64,000 nucleotides of DNA from positions 64,001-128,000 of the forward strand of contig JAVHQC010000006.1 of the NCBI GenBank assembly GCA_036170915.1, in the 5' to 3' direction. The DNA comes from Cyanobacteria bacterium auto_48_18. GTDB taxonomy: Bacteria > Cyanobacteriota > Vampirovibrionia > Obscuribacterales > Obscuribacteraceae. Every line of letters starts with the position of its first letter. Position 1 is the first letter of the stretch. The notes beneath the pieces are model-generated. The model was not told the DNA's origin. It saw only the letters and a list, made by a program, of their open reading frames with translations, and searched no databases. Position numbers and translations under genes: made by a program. Shown piece by piece: positions 27,944 to 37,040 of this stretch.

Positions 27944-28810
27944 TCACTTGTGACGTACGCTGGACTCCTGATTGTTTTTACCCATTTTTTTAAAACATAA
28001 TTCGCGTTGTTGTAAGCAATGTTTGTAGCAGTCGGTACCTTTTAATATCGCTGTGTTGTAGTCAGAGCCTGCTTCTTTGTAACGACCAAGAGCAAAATAG
28101 CGGTCAGCTCTGCCAACATAAGCTTCGAATTCGTCAGGATAAAATTTTATCAGTGAGCTGTAATCGACAATTGCCTTTTGTGAATCACCGAGCTGCGTGT
28201 ATAGTTTGGCTCGATGCAAAAGATTTTCCTCATCGCTTGGATTATCTTTGAGCATGCTTGAATAATCATCCAATGCTCCCTTCAGATTTCCCATCGAAGC
28301 GTGGCATTTAGCCCGCAGTACGCGGCCTCCGTCATATTGAGGATCCATCGTCAAAATTTTATTCAGGTCAGCGATTGCTTCCTTATATTTGAATAGACTT
28401 ACATATGTAAATGCGCGACGATAGAGCAGATCTTTGTCTTTAGCATCTACTTTTAAAGCTTGATTATTTATGGCCAGTGCACTGGCATAATCTTCATCGT
28501 ACATGTAGCACGAGCCCAGAGTGTACATGGCGCCCGTGCACTTAGGATCCAGAGCTACTGCTTCTTTCAGTAAGGCAATGGCGTTACCGAAATCGCCGTT
28601 TTCACTTGCGATTAAACCAGAGATGTATTTGTCGCAAGCTTTCATATTTCTTTTGGGGTTGCTCTGGTAGCTTTTAAAATGCAGTCTATCAGTGCTCGTT
28701 TTTGCGATAACGCCAGAGCCTGAAACAAGTGCAACTAAAGTCGTCAGAGTAATTGCGACCAGTCTGATTATGAAATAGTTAGTTAATAGTCTAGAGATGC
28801 CGATGTACAT
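27944..28810 (-). CDS. TPR protein with an N-terminal signal/TM segment
   Basis: Canonical TPRs (AIADLNKILTMDP, ALDDYSSMLKDNP, AIVDYSSLIKFYP). Confidence 0.85.
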   Translation of the reverse strand: MYIGISRLLTNYFIIRLVAITLTTLVALVSGSGVIAKTSTDRLHFKSYQSNPKRNMKACDKYISGLIASENGDFGNAIALLKEAVALDPKCTGAMYTLGSCYMYDEDYASALAINNQALKVDAKDKDLLYRRAFTYVSLFKYKEAIADLNKILTMDPQYDGGRVLRAKCHASMGNLKGALDDYSSMLKDNPSDEENLLHRAKLYTQLGDSQKAIVDYSSLIKFYPDEFEAYVGRADRYFALGRYKEAGSDYNTAILKGTDCYKHCLQQRELCFKKMGKNNQESSVRHK

Positions 28811-28817
28811 TCTCCAA

Positions 28818-29759
28818 TTAAAGCGAGCTGACCATCAATGCTTCTAATTCTTTGAGAGTCGGCAAAGACGGCACTGCTCCTGCTTTCGTGCAAGCGAGTG
28901 AGCCGGCGGCACAGCCAAATTTAGCGGCGTCTACAAGACCGTCACCTGCTGCCAGGCGCATGGCCAGAGCACCACAGAAGGCATCACCCGCAGCGGTTGA
29001 ATCAATCACTGTAACTTTAAAAGCATCAACAAAGTGCGGTTTGTCTGGTTGGCTGCTTTCTAATATCAGCGCACCTCTTTCACCTAAAGTAAGAATTACA
29101 TTTTTTACGCCCATAGTAAGCAGTTTGCGAGCACACTGGTGTGCCAGCTCATTTGTAGATGGATTAATTCCTGTCAGCAAGTCTGCTTCGCTTTCGTTAG
29201 GCACCAGAATATCTATATATTGGAAGAGCTCAGCTGGCAGATCGGCAGGCGCGGCTGCAGGGGCCGGATTGAGTATTACAGTGATGCCTTTGGTGTGTGC
29301 CATTTTTGCAGCAGCTAAAACTGTGTCGATCTGAATTTCAAGCTGTAGCAGCAATACTTTTGATTTTTCCATCAAGTGGCTTTTCAATTCTAGATCTTGG
29401 GGGCGCAAAGCATTATTTGCGTTTGGCACAATGACGATACTATTTTCGCCTGACTGACCCACCCAGATATTGGCAATTCCGGTGGTCTCATTTTTGTCGG
29501 CGAACATGCCTTCGATGCTCACCTTGTTCTCCGCCAGTGTGTCCAACAATATTTGACCGTAAGAATCGCCGCCCACTTTTCCGATCATTGTCACTTTGGC
29601 ACCGGCGCGGGCTGCTGCCAGGGCCTGGTTATTGCCTTTGCCGCCCGGAAATGTGTCGAAGGTCGTGCCTTTTAGAGTCTCGCCGCGCGCAGGCAGGCGT
29701 GGAACTCGAATGACGATATCCATGCTCAGGCTGCCGACGACAGTTACCTCTGAATTCAT
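28818..29759 (-). CDS. rbsK: Ribokinase
   Basis: GSLSMD, PGGKGNNQA, NESEA and DSTAAGDAFCG. The start was reassigned to the ATG at 29759, which has a GGAGG RBS. Confidence 0.93.
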   Translation of the reverse strand: MNSEVTVVGSLSMDIVIRVPRLPARGETLKGTTFDTFPGGKGNNQALAAARAGAKVTMIGKVGGDSYGQILLDTLAENKVSIEGMFADKNETTGIANIWVGQSGENSIVIVPNANNALRPQDLELKSHLMEKSKVLLLQLEIQIDTVLAAAKMAHTKGITVILNPAPAAAPADLPAELFQYIDILVPNESEADLLTGINPSTNELAHQCARKLLTMGVKNVILTLGERGALILESSQPDKPHFVDAFKVTVIDSTAAGDAFCGALAMRLAAGDGLVDAAKFGCAAGSLACTKAGAVPSLPTLKELEALMVSSL

Positions 29760-29874
29760 ACATCCTCCATTAGTGTGGCTAGCGTTATCTCCAGCACTGC
29801 AAGGTTGCCATTTGAGCAATTTATATTAGCAGAAGGTGCTGCTAGACTGTCAGTGCTACTGAGGAATCAAAGAC

Positions 29875-30867
29875 ATGTCGCAGATTATTCGTTTTCATCA
29901 GACCGGTGCTGCCGACGTGCTTAAGTTTGAAGATATGGCGGAGCCGGAACCGATGGCCGGTGAAGTGCTCATTCAAGTTCACGCTCTCGGGTTAAATCGC
30001 GCTGAAGTGCTATTGCGTCAGGGGCGCTATCTGGAAAAACCAGTTTTGCCCTCCCGCATTGGCTATGAGGCTAGCGGAATAATTGTCGCCCTAGGAGAGG
30101 GTGTGCAGGGCTTTAGTGTGGGCGATAGAGTCAGTACGATACCCTGCTTTTCGCAGACAAAGTATGGCGTTTACGGAGAGTGGGCGCTGGTGCCAGCTCG
30201 TTGCCTGGCAAAGTATCCTGAGAACCTTAGCGATGAGCAGGCCACTTCAATCTGGATGCAATACCTCACCGCATATGGTGCCTTGATTGAGCTTGGTCAA
30301 CTAAAAGAAAATCAGTATGTGCTCATTACTGCGGCTTCGAGTTCTGTGGGTTTTGCCGCCATTCAAATTGCGCGCCAGCAAGGCGCGAAAATCATCGCCA
30401 CTACGCGCGGTATTGCCAAAAAACAGACTCTGCTCGATGCTGGTGCTGATTTTGTTGTTGTCACTGACCAAGATAGTCTCGTAGACGAAGTGATGTTGGC
30501 CACCGGCGGCAAGGGCGCCGACATAATTTTCGACGCAGTGGCAGGTCCACTACTGCTACAGTTGGCGAAAGCGGCTGCCTATGAGGCTCGCATTTTTATA
30601 TATGGCGCACTGAGCCTTGAAACGACACCTTTTCCTTTGCAGATTGCATTGAAAAAAGGCCTTACTGTGCAAGGCTATACGATGTTTCAGGTGACTGATG
30701 ACAATGAACGTTTTTCGAGAGGAAAACAATACATCTATAGTGGTTTAAAAGAAGGTTCACTCGCACCAGTGATCGACAAGGTTTTTTCTTTTAAGCAGAT
30801 AGTTGCAGCTCACGAGTACATGGAATCAAATGAACAGCGCGGCAAAATAGTCGTTAAAGTTCGGTGA
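29875..30867 (+). CDS. MDR-family NADPH:quinone oxidoreductase / zinc-independent alcohol dehydrogenase-like protein
   Basis: GLNRAE, GYEASG, YLTAYGAL, TAASSSVG and AHEYMESN..GKIVV. Confidence 0.9.
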   Translation: MSQIIRFHQTGAADVLKFEDMAEPEPMAGEVLIQVHALGLNRAEVLLRQGRYLEKPVLPSRIGYEASGIIVALGEGVQGFSVGDRVSTIPCFSQTKYGVYGEWALVPARCLAKYPENLSDEQATSIWMQYLTAYGALIELGQLKENQYVLITAASSSVGFAAIQIARQQGAKIIATTRGIAKKQTLLDAGADFVVVTDQDSLVDEVMLATGGKGADIIFDAVAGPLLLQLAKAAAYEARIFIYGALSLETTPFPLQIALKKGLTVQGYTMFQVTDDNERFSRGKQYIYSGLKEGSLAPVIDKVFSFKQIVAAHEYMESNEQRGKIVVKVR

Positions 30868-30973
30868 CTTCAGTGGGCCAGCGCTTTTCCAGCATGTGAT
30901 CGATCAAACTGCCTAGTTTGAACGACATGGCATAAAGCACGGGTATTGAGAACAAACACATAATTTCTTCCAT
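30854..30973 (-). CDS. Unannotated small ORF (39 aa, MEEIMCLFSIPVLYAMSFKLGSLIDHMLEKRWPTEVTEL)
   Basis: Lies about 60 nt downstream of a near-consensus promoter and has a hydrophobic N-terminal half. Confidence 0.45.
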   Translation of the reverse strand: MEEIMCLFSIPVLYAMSFKLGSLIDHMLEKRWPTEVTEL

Positions 30974-31032
30974 GGCGGACCTACGGGGGAATGGATGAGC
31001 GCCCTTTATGATTTCCTTATATTTCTACTTGA

Positions 31033-31061
31033 ATAGTAAATCCGCTACCTAGTCATGTCAA
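31033..31061 (-). promoter_or_regulatory. Sigma-70 promoter TTGACA-N17-TACTAT
   Basis: On the minus strand, TTGACA (31056-31061) is followed by 17 nt and TACTAT (31033-31038). Confidence 0.6.
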
Positions 31062-31142
31062 ATGTTATTTCTGTTATATACAGCGGAGAATACGAAAGCG
31101 TATTCTTTCGGGGACAGAATGTGAAAAGCAGGTTAGTCCGAC

Positions 31143-33341
31143 TTATTCCGCGCCCGATGAATAGAATCTTCTTCCTGTCTGACTCATAGACGTGAGCAGA
31201 TTAGAAATTTCTCGTTTTGGCTTTGTGGTGCCGTAAATTTTGCCGAGGGTCTCAACCAGTTGTGGAATGCCATAGCTGTCGGCATAGCGAAGTACGCCGC
31301 CTCTAAATGCGGGGAAGCCTGTTCCCACCACTAGAGCCAGATCGAGCTCACGCGGTTTACGCACAACTTTTTCTTCTAGACAGCGTGCGGCCTCATCGAC
31401 CATCACCAGTATCAGTCTGTTTTGAATCTCGCTTATTTGCTCAGGGCTTGCTTTTTTATCGCTAGTCTTCATTTTTGAAATAGCTGAAAATTCAGCATTG
31501 ATTTCGAGTTTTTTGCCGCTTGCATCCCAGTGATAGCAGCCTGCACCATCAGCCTTGCCTTTGAAGCCGGCTGCAGATGTTATCTGCATAACTTCAGGCG
31601 GAGTGAATCTTTCGCCAAAAGCAGCATGCAGTTTCTTCGCCACTGAAATGCATAAAGGCAAACCGAGCTCATCCACAAGAGTAAATGGTCCCATGGGCAA
31701 ACCAAACTGCAGAGCTGCATCTTCAATCCAAGTAAACGGATAGCCTTCGTCGAGCATTCGCGAGGCTTCCATCAGATGGGTAGTGAGCAGACGGTTAACA
31801 AGAAAACCAACTGAGTCTTTTACACTGATTGGCACTTTGCCCAATTTTGTCAGTAGCCCAATCGCACGGGCATTGGTCACAGCATTAGTGCTGGGGTGGC
31901 TTATCACTTCGACCAGGGGCATTTTGTCTACCGGATAAAAGAAATGCAAACCAACAAAGCGCTCAGGTTTTTTCAATTCTTGGCCGAGCTCAATTAGCTC
32001 TATCGCCGATGTGTTTGTCACCAGTACGCAGTCATCGGAAACCAAACTTTCTACTTCAGCAAGAAGTTTTTGTTTGAGCTTGCTGTCTTCTGGTACTGCC
32101 TCAATCACCATGCCACAAGCGCTCAATATGGAGAGCTCGTGTGAAAACTTGATCTCTGTATGTTCAGGCAAGTGATCAGGCGTCAGGCGATGATGCTCTT
32201 CAACTGCATGGTAAGCTTCTGTCATCTGCTGTGCGCGTGCTTCTGAGCTAGTTTTCACTAGAACATCGATGCCGTGAGCAGATGCGATCTTGGCAATATC
32301 CATGCCCATAATGCCACTGCCGATAATGCCTAAAGTTTTCAGCTGCTTGCCCGCTGTTTTTTCAGCTGTTCGTGCAGCAGATCGAATTGTGAAGTCTTGC
32401 GAGAAGAACAGCTGAATCAAATTGGAAGAGGTTTTATCTGAAGCCAGGTCAGCAAAAGACTTTGCTTCAAAGGCGAGACCCTCTGCCATTGCAGTGGTGG
32501 TAGCCAGTTGTACTGCTTCAATAGCTTTAACGGGAGCTGGATAATTGCCTTTCAAGCGAATTTTAATTGATCTGGTCATGGTGGCAAAAAGCTTTTTAAG
32601 CTTCTCGGGATCTTCAACATTTGCTGTACGTGGAGGAGCTTGACCACTAAGAATGGCTAAGGCAACGGTCTCTGCTTCTTTATACAAAATCTGTGCATCT
32701 ACAATTTTGTCTACAATTCCAAGCTCAAGTGCGCGTTCAGCTGAAACAATATCTGAATTGAGAATGTATTCCAGAGCCACTTTGACTGGTATCAGGCGTG
32801 GCAGTCTTTGGGTGCCGCCCAAACCTGGAATCAAACCCAGGCGCACCTCAGGTAAGCCTAAAACAGTCAGAGGTGAATCTGTAGCGATGCGATAGTTTGT
32901 ACACAAAGCTACTTCAAGACCGCCTCCGAGGCAAGGACCATTAATGGCTGCTACAGTGGGCTTGCCTAAGTTTTCTAACTGATTGAAAACAAACTGCCCA
33001 TCTTGCGAGAGCTGGTGCGCTTGTTCCATTGACTCGAAACTCATGATTTCATGCAAGTCAGCGCCAGAGACAAAAGTATCAGGCTTTTTGGAAGCTATTA
33101 TCAGGGCTCTAATTTCTTCATCGCCTTTGATGGCTTGAATCAGCTCACGCAATTCCACCATAGCGTTGCTGCCCAAAACGTTGACTTTACCGGCGCAGTC
33201 GAACCAGAGAATGGCCACGCCTGAAGGCAACTTTTCAATCTTTAGATCACGCTGATGCTTCAAAGTCAGTAAGGTTGGAGCTTCTGCCGATCCTTCCTTC
33301 TGCAAGGCATCAACTGCCTCTTCGGTTGTCGGCTTATTCAA
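31143..33341 (-). CDS. fadJ: Fatty acid oxidation multifunctional enzyme alpha subunit (enoyl-CoA hydratase + 3-hydroxyacyl-CoA dehydrogenase), FadJ/FadB-like
   Basis: GGGLEVAL, LGLPEVRLGLIPGLGGTQRLPR, GSGIMG, IEAVPED, TNTS, GLHFF..MPLVE and GFLVNR. Confidence 0.88.
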   Translation of the reverse strand: MNKPTTEEAVDALQKEGSAEAPTLLTLKHQRDLKIEKLPSGVAILWFDCAGKVNVLGSNAMVELRELIQAIKGDEEIRALIIASKKPDTFVSGADLHEIMSFESMEQAHQLSQDGQFVFNQLENLGKPTVAAINGPCLGGGLEVALCTNYRIATDSPLTVLGLPEVRLGLIPGLGGTQRLPRLIPVKVALEYILNSDIVSAERALELGIVDKIVDAQILYKEAETVALAILSGQAPPRTANVEDPEKLKKLFATMTRSIKIRLKGNYPAPVKAIEAVQLATTTAMAEGLAFEAKSFADLASDKTSSNLIQLFFSQDFTIRSAARTAEKTAGKQLKTLGIIGSGIMGMDIAKIASAHGIDVLVKTSSEARAQQMTEAYHAVEEHHRLTPDHLPEHTEIKFSHELSILSACGMVIEAVPEDSKLKQKLLAEVESLVSDDCVLVTNTSAIELIELGQELKKPERFVGLHFFYPVDKMPLVEVISHPSTNAVTNARAIGLLTKLGKVPISVKDSVGFLVNRLLTTHLMEASRMLDEGYPFTWIEDAALQFGLPMGPFTLVDELGLPLCISVAKKLHAAFGERFTPPEVMQITSAAGFKGKADGAGCYHWDASGKKLEINAEFSAISKMKTSDKKASPEQISEIQNRLILVMVDEAARCLEEKVVRKPRELDLALVVGTGFPAFRGGVLRYADSYGIPQLVETLGKIYGTTKPKREISNLLTSMSQTGRRFYSSGAE

Positions 33342-33362
33342 TTCATTCCCCTTGGTGCTTTA

Positions 33363-34376
33363 TTAGGTTTGCAGTTTATAGCCGAAGGTCATGGCTTCTG
33401 AGAGTAACTGTTCTGGCAGTATATGAGCTTCTACTGCTCCTTTGCTAATTTCTCGAATTTCTGCCAATAGGCTTTCGGCTTCTTCAACATAGAGCTGGTC
33501 GGCAATTTTATAACCACCAAATGGCTTGCCCTGCTTGATGAACACCAGTATGTCCGGCTGCATTCCGTCTTCGCCCTCAGAAAAAGTCAGACAGCCGGTC
33601 TCGCCAGAAACCGCAATAGACATTAAAGTGGTATCAAAATAGTCTAGTAAAGTTTTTTCTTTGTCTTTGGCAACCGGGCAACCAAGAAACAAGGCCGACA
33701 TCGAAAGCACTACATCTGGTGGCAGCTCATAAACCTGCAAGAACGTATCTTGCTCATGTATGTCTGCTTTCATCAGTTTCATGGCTTTTTCTACAGCAAA
33801 AGTTTCTTGAGCATCTTTGCGACCATAAATGGCTCCTGCTACTCTTCCTTCAAACAGGAGCATTGCCGAACGCGACTTTTGCACTTCCGAGCGCACTTTA
33901 ATGCAACCGGTAAAATTGGCCAGTTCAAGCTCTGCCAGCAACATGGAAGTGTCGGCTACAGAGCTATTGAGCTCACGAAATAATTTGCCTGATACCGCAG
34001 GCATAATCAAGTCGATAGCACGTCGTAATTTTTGTGTACTGGGATATGAATCGACCCAAATGGCAAATGCATTATCTTCGTCAGAAGCGGTGCTGTGTTG
34101 AACCCGCTCAGTGGTGCCTAGCATAAAAGCGAAAGTCATGAGAGCGCGGTTGTTATGCATGCAAACAAAAGTTGCAGGAACAGTCTGGCCGATTTTCAGG
34201 GGCTCAATACTGGGCAAGAATGCCTTTATTTGTTGATGCTGAGGGTCATCATGTTCTGCTGACGGAGGCAACCCAGAACTGACCACAACGGCGTTGTAGC
34301 CGCCTGGCTCAGCGCTCTCGATCTTGCACATGACACTCTGGCCCGGGCGATAAATAATTGTGCTGTTATCAGTCAT
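33363..34376 (-). CDS. Hypothetical protein with two DUF4388/PATAN-like repeats
   Basis: Internally repeated segments FTGCIKV..MLLFEGRVAGA and ETGCLTF..VFIKQGKPFGG. The start is probably the ATG at 34376. Confidence 0.55.
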   Translation of the reverse strand: MTDNSTIIYRPGQSVMCKIESAEPGGYNAVVVSSGLPPSAEHDDPQHQQIKAFLPSIEPLKIGQTVPATFVCMHNNRALMTFAFMLGTTERVQHSTASDEDNAFAIWVDSYPSTQKLRRAIDLIMPAVSGKLFRELNSSVADTSMLLAELELANFTGCIKVRSEVQKSRSAMLLFEGRVAGAIYGRKDAQETFAVEKAMKLMKADIHEQDTFLQVYELPPDVVLSMSALFLGCPVAKDKEKTLLDYFDTTLMSIAVSGETGCLTFSEGEDGMQPDILVFIKQGKPFGGYKIADQLYVEEAESLLAEIREISKGAVEAHILPEQLLSEAMTFGYKLQT

Positions 34377-34451
34377 GAAGATGCGACCCGCACGTCTAGG
34401 TGGAAGTGACAATTTCTCACTTCTTATATCAATGTAGTTTATCATTACCAA

Positions 34452-35117
34452 ATGAACAGTGTTGCCAGCGTTTGCGTTGTAGCCATAATCCTATCTTTGC
34501 CCTTGACAAGCTGCGCCACCGCTGAGAACAGCTCTGTGACAAGCGTTTCTGTTTCATCGCAAGCAAGTCAGCCTGCTCCGGGCACCGTTAATTCTGCACC
34601 ATCACCCTTAGATCGCGTCACTGTGGCTGATGTTGAAGCAATTGCCAAGAATGTCGACATGGGCTTTGAAGACGGGTGGATTGCCGGCCGTGACGCTCGA
34701 GTATTTAAATCGCCATATAAAAAATTGTCCGCCCGTGACAAAGCAAGTTTTGCTGTGGCTTACCATGACTGGCTTGAGCCCTTTCATCAAGATCTCGGCA
34801 ATACGCTCTCTACGTATGTGCCTTATAAAAAACGATCTGCTTTCGCCAGGGAGTACTGGCAAAATTCATCTTCTTCCAGTTTATTTAAAAGCGCCATTGA
34901 GAAGTATCAAGTGGCCTGGATTCACGAGTCTCTGCTGGATGGATCGGAACTCTGGTGGCGGGCTGCTGAAAAGCGCTTTGGTAATAGAATAAATTCTGTT
35001 TTGACCCTGGTGCATGACACCGAGCAGAACATGGTGTCAAAATATATGGAAGACGAAAAAAGCGAAAGTACTTTTTCTGCTCAGATGTCAGACAAAACAA
35101 AGAAGCCTGAAAAATAG
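34452..35117 (+). CDS. Putative lipoprotein
   Basis: Hydrophobic signal ending in the lipobox-like LTSC, followed by a Ser/Pro linker. Confidence 0.6.
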   Translation: MNSVASVCVVAIILSLPLTSCATAENSSVTSVSVSSQASQPAPGTVNSAPSPLDRVTVADVEAIAKNVDMGFEDGWIAGRDARVFKSPYKKLSARDKASFAVAYHDWLEPFHQDLGNTLSTYVPYKKRSAFAREYWQNSSSSSLFKSAIEKYQVAWIHESLLDGSELWWRAAEKRFGNRINSVLTLVHDTEQNMVSKYMEDEKSESTFSAQMSDKTKKPEK

Positions 35118-35834
35118 ATGGGCCAAGATCACTTAGAAATTGCTAGAAGAAATGCCGAGCGCGCTGAGCAAGAGCTGCGTTTTCAGAAGCGTCTGGCTGA
35201 GCTGCAAGCGCGCAATAATCAGTTTCCATGGAATCTGAAAGAGCAGCCTAATTTTGAAATTCCGGCAGAACAATCTAAGCTTTTTGCCGATCGTTATATT
35301 GAAGACCCGTCTTTGACTGATGAAGAAGTTGAACGGCGCGCACTACTTGATCTTAACTCTTTTAATTTCTGGTCGTTTTACAAGCGCCTCAACTATGAGG
35401 CTCGTCGCGCGGCCAGATACAAGCGCCCATTATCGCTACTGTTTGTTACTGTGGATAAGCTGGCACAAATTGTGGAGCGTCACGGCTTACAAGGCGAGAA
35501 TGCCGTTATTCTCGGGTCAGGCCGCGGCCTGTTAGGCTGCGTAAGGGATGTTGATATTGCTGGGCGCTGTCGTGACGATTGCTTTGGCGTGATACTACCT
35601 GAGACACCAAGAAACGGGGCTGAAATTGCAGCAGAACGTATTCGCACACGTATGGAAAATTTAGCAGTTGATTTTAAAGGTGCGGAAATATTACTCACTG
35701 TCACTGTAGGTGGTGCCAGTATGGACGAAGTTTTAGATAAACCAGACCAGCTAATTGCGGCAGCTGTGGAGACTTTGCAGGTCGGCATTAAAGCCGGAGG
35801 CAATAGTGTCAATTTTCCAATTAGCGATGACTAG
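35118..35834 (+). CDS. Degenerate GGDEF-domain protein
   Basis: GGDEF-fold motifs (RYKRPLSLL, HGLQG, AERIR, TVTVG, GGN). The active site reads RDDCF, and the RxxD I-site (RDVD) is intact. Confidence 0.85.
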   Translation: MGQDHLEIARRNAERAEQELRFQKRLAELQARNNQFPWNLKEQPNFEIPAEQSKLFADRYIEDPSLTDEEVERRALLDLNSFNFWSFYKRLNYEARRAARYKRPLSLLFVTVDKLAQIVERHGLQGENAVILGSGRGLLGCVRDVDIAGRCRDDCFGVILPETPRNGAEIAAERIRTRMENLAVDFKGAEILLTVTVGGASMDEVLDKPDQLIAAAVETLQVGIKAGGNSVNFPISDD

Positions 35835-35877
35835 AGATCTTCCTAGATTTTTTCGACTGGTATAACAGATGTTTTCA

Positions 35878-36996
35878 CTATTCAGCCATTTGCTTGGCGC
35901 GTTCAGAGTGTACGGCATAGTCGGTATAGCCTTGAACCGAATCTGGTCCTCGTCCATAAAATGTGCTCGGATTTGCTTCGGTCAATTCAAGCTCGTTGGC
36001 AAGGCGATAAACAAAATCTGGATTTCCGATGAACGGGCGACCGAATGAGACCAGGTCGGCGGAACCTTTCTCCAGAATCTCTTCTGCTCGATGCCTGTCA
36101 TACCCGCCATTTGTTATCAATACATGTTTACAGCATTGACGAAACTTTTCAGCCACGTTCTTGATAATCGCTCCGGCTTCTATATCTGCCGGATTTGGCT
36201 CCATCAAATGAACATAAGCGAGATCCAGCGAGTTTAGTCTTTCCAGCGCGTGGGTGAAAAGCGCCTCAGGGTTAGAATCTCCCATTCCGTAAAAAGTGTT
36301 CGATGGTGAAAGCTTGATGCCTGTTTTCCCAGGGAAGATGCTACTAACGGCCTCAGCAATTTCGTACATAAACCTGGTTCGATTTTCTATTGAACCGCCA
36401 TATGAGTCTTCACGCTTATTACTGATGTCTTGAAGAAATTGATCTATCAAATATCCAAAAGCACCATGAATCTCAACTCCGTCAAAATTGGCTGCCAGAG
36501 CTAATTTTGCTGATGCACGAAATTGTTCGACGATATCGGCAATTTCATGCAGTTCCAACTGACGAGGAACTGCCAAATTCTCTTTGCCTTTTGGTGTATG
36601 GAGATCACCGATTCCAGCTATTGATGAAGGTGCTACGGGCTGTTTACCCTCGAGCAAATTTGGATGCGATACTCGACCAGAGTGCCACAATTGCAGAAAA
36701 ATACGTCCGTTGGACGCGTGAACTTTTTCAGTAACAACGGCCCAGCTTTTTGCCTGTTTCTCAGTAAAAATTCCTGGGGCATGCATGTAGCCATGACTAA
36801 GCGGGCTCACCATTGTACACTCTGAAACAATCAATCCAGCGCTGGCGCGCTGTGCATAGTATTCAGCCATGGGCGACGAGGGTTCGCCATCATCATGTGC
36901 CCTTAATCGAGTCATTGGTGCCATGACAATGCGATTAGGCAGTTGCAGTGCTTTCAAGCTAAAGCCTTGAAAGAGCTTTGTACTCTGAGTGTTCAT
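35878..36996 (-). CDS. nemA: Old yellow enzyme / alkene reductase (NemA-like)
   Basis: NRIVMAPMTR, YYAQRASAGLI, QLWHSGR, DGVEIHGAFGYLIDQF and FGRPFIGNPD. Confidence 0.88.
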   Translation of the reverse strand: MNTQSTKLFQGFSLKALQLPNRIVMAPMTRLRAHDDGEPSSPMAEYYAQRASAGLIVSECTMVSPLSHGYMHAPGIFTEKQAKSWAVVTEKVHASNGRIFLQLWHSGRVSHPNLLEGKQPVAPSSIAGIGDLHTPKGKENLAVPRQLELHEIADIVEQFRASAKLALAANFDGVEIHGAFGYLIDQFLQDISNKREDSYGGSIENRTRFMYEIAEAVSSIFPGKTGIKLSPSNTFYGMGDSNPEALFTHALERLNSLDLAYVHLMEPNPADIEAGAIIKNVAEKFRQCCKHVLITNGGYDRHRAEEILEKGSADLVSFGRPFIGNPDFVYRLANELELTEANPSTFYGRGPDSVQGYTDYAVHSERAKQMAE

Positions 36997-37040
36997 TTAT
37001 TAGGTCTCCTGAGGTCTTATACTTATTGCGGTTATTCTGC

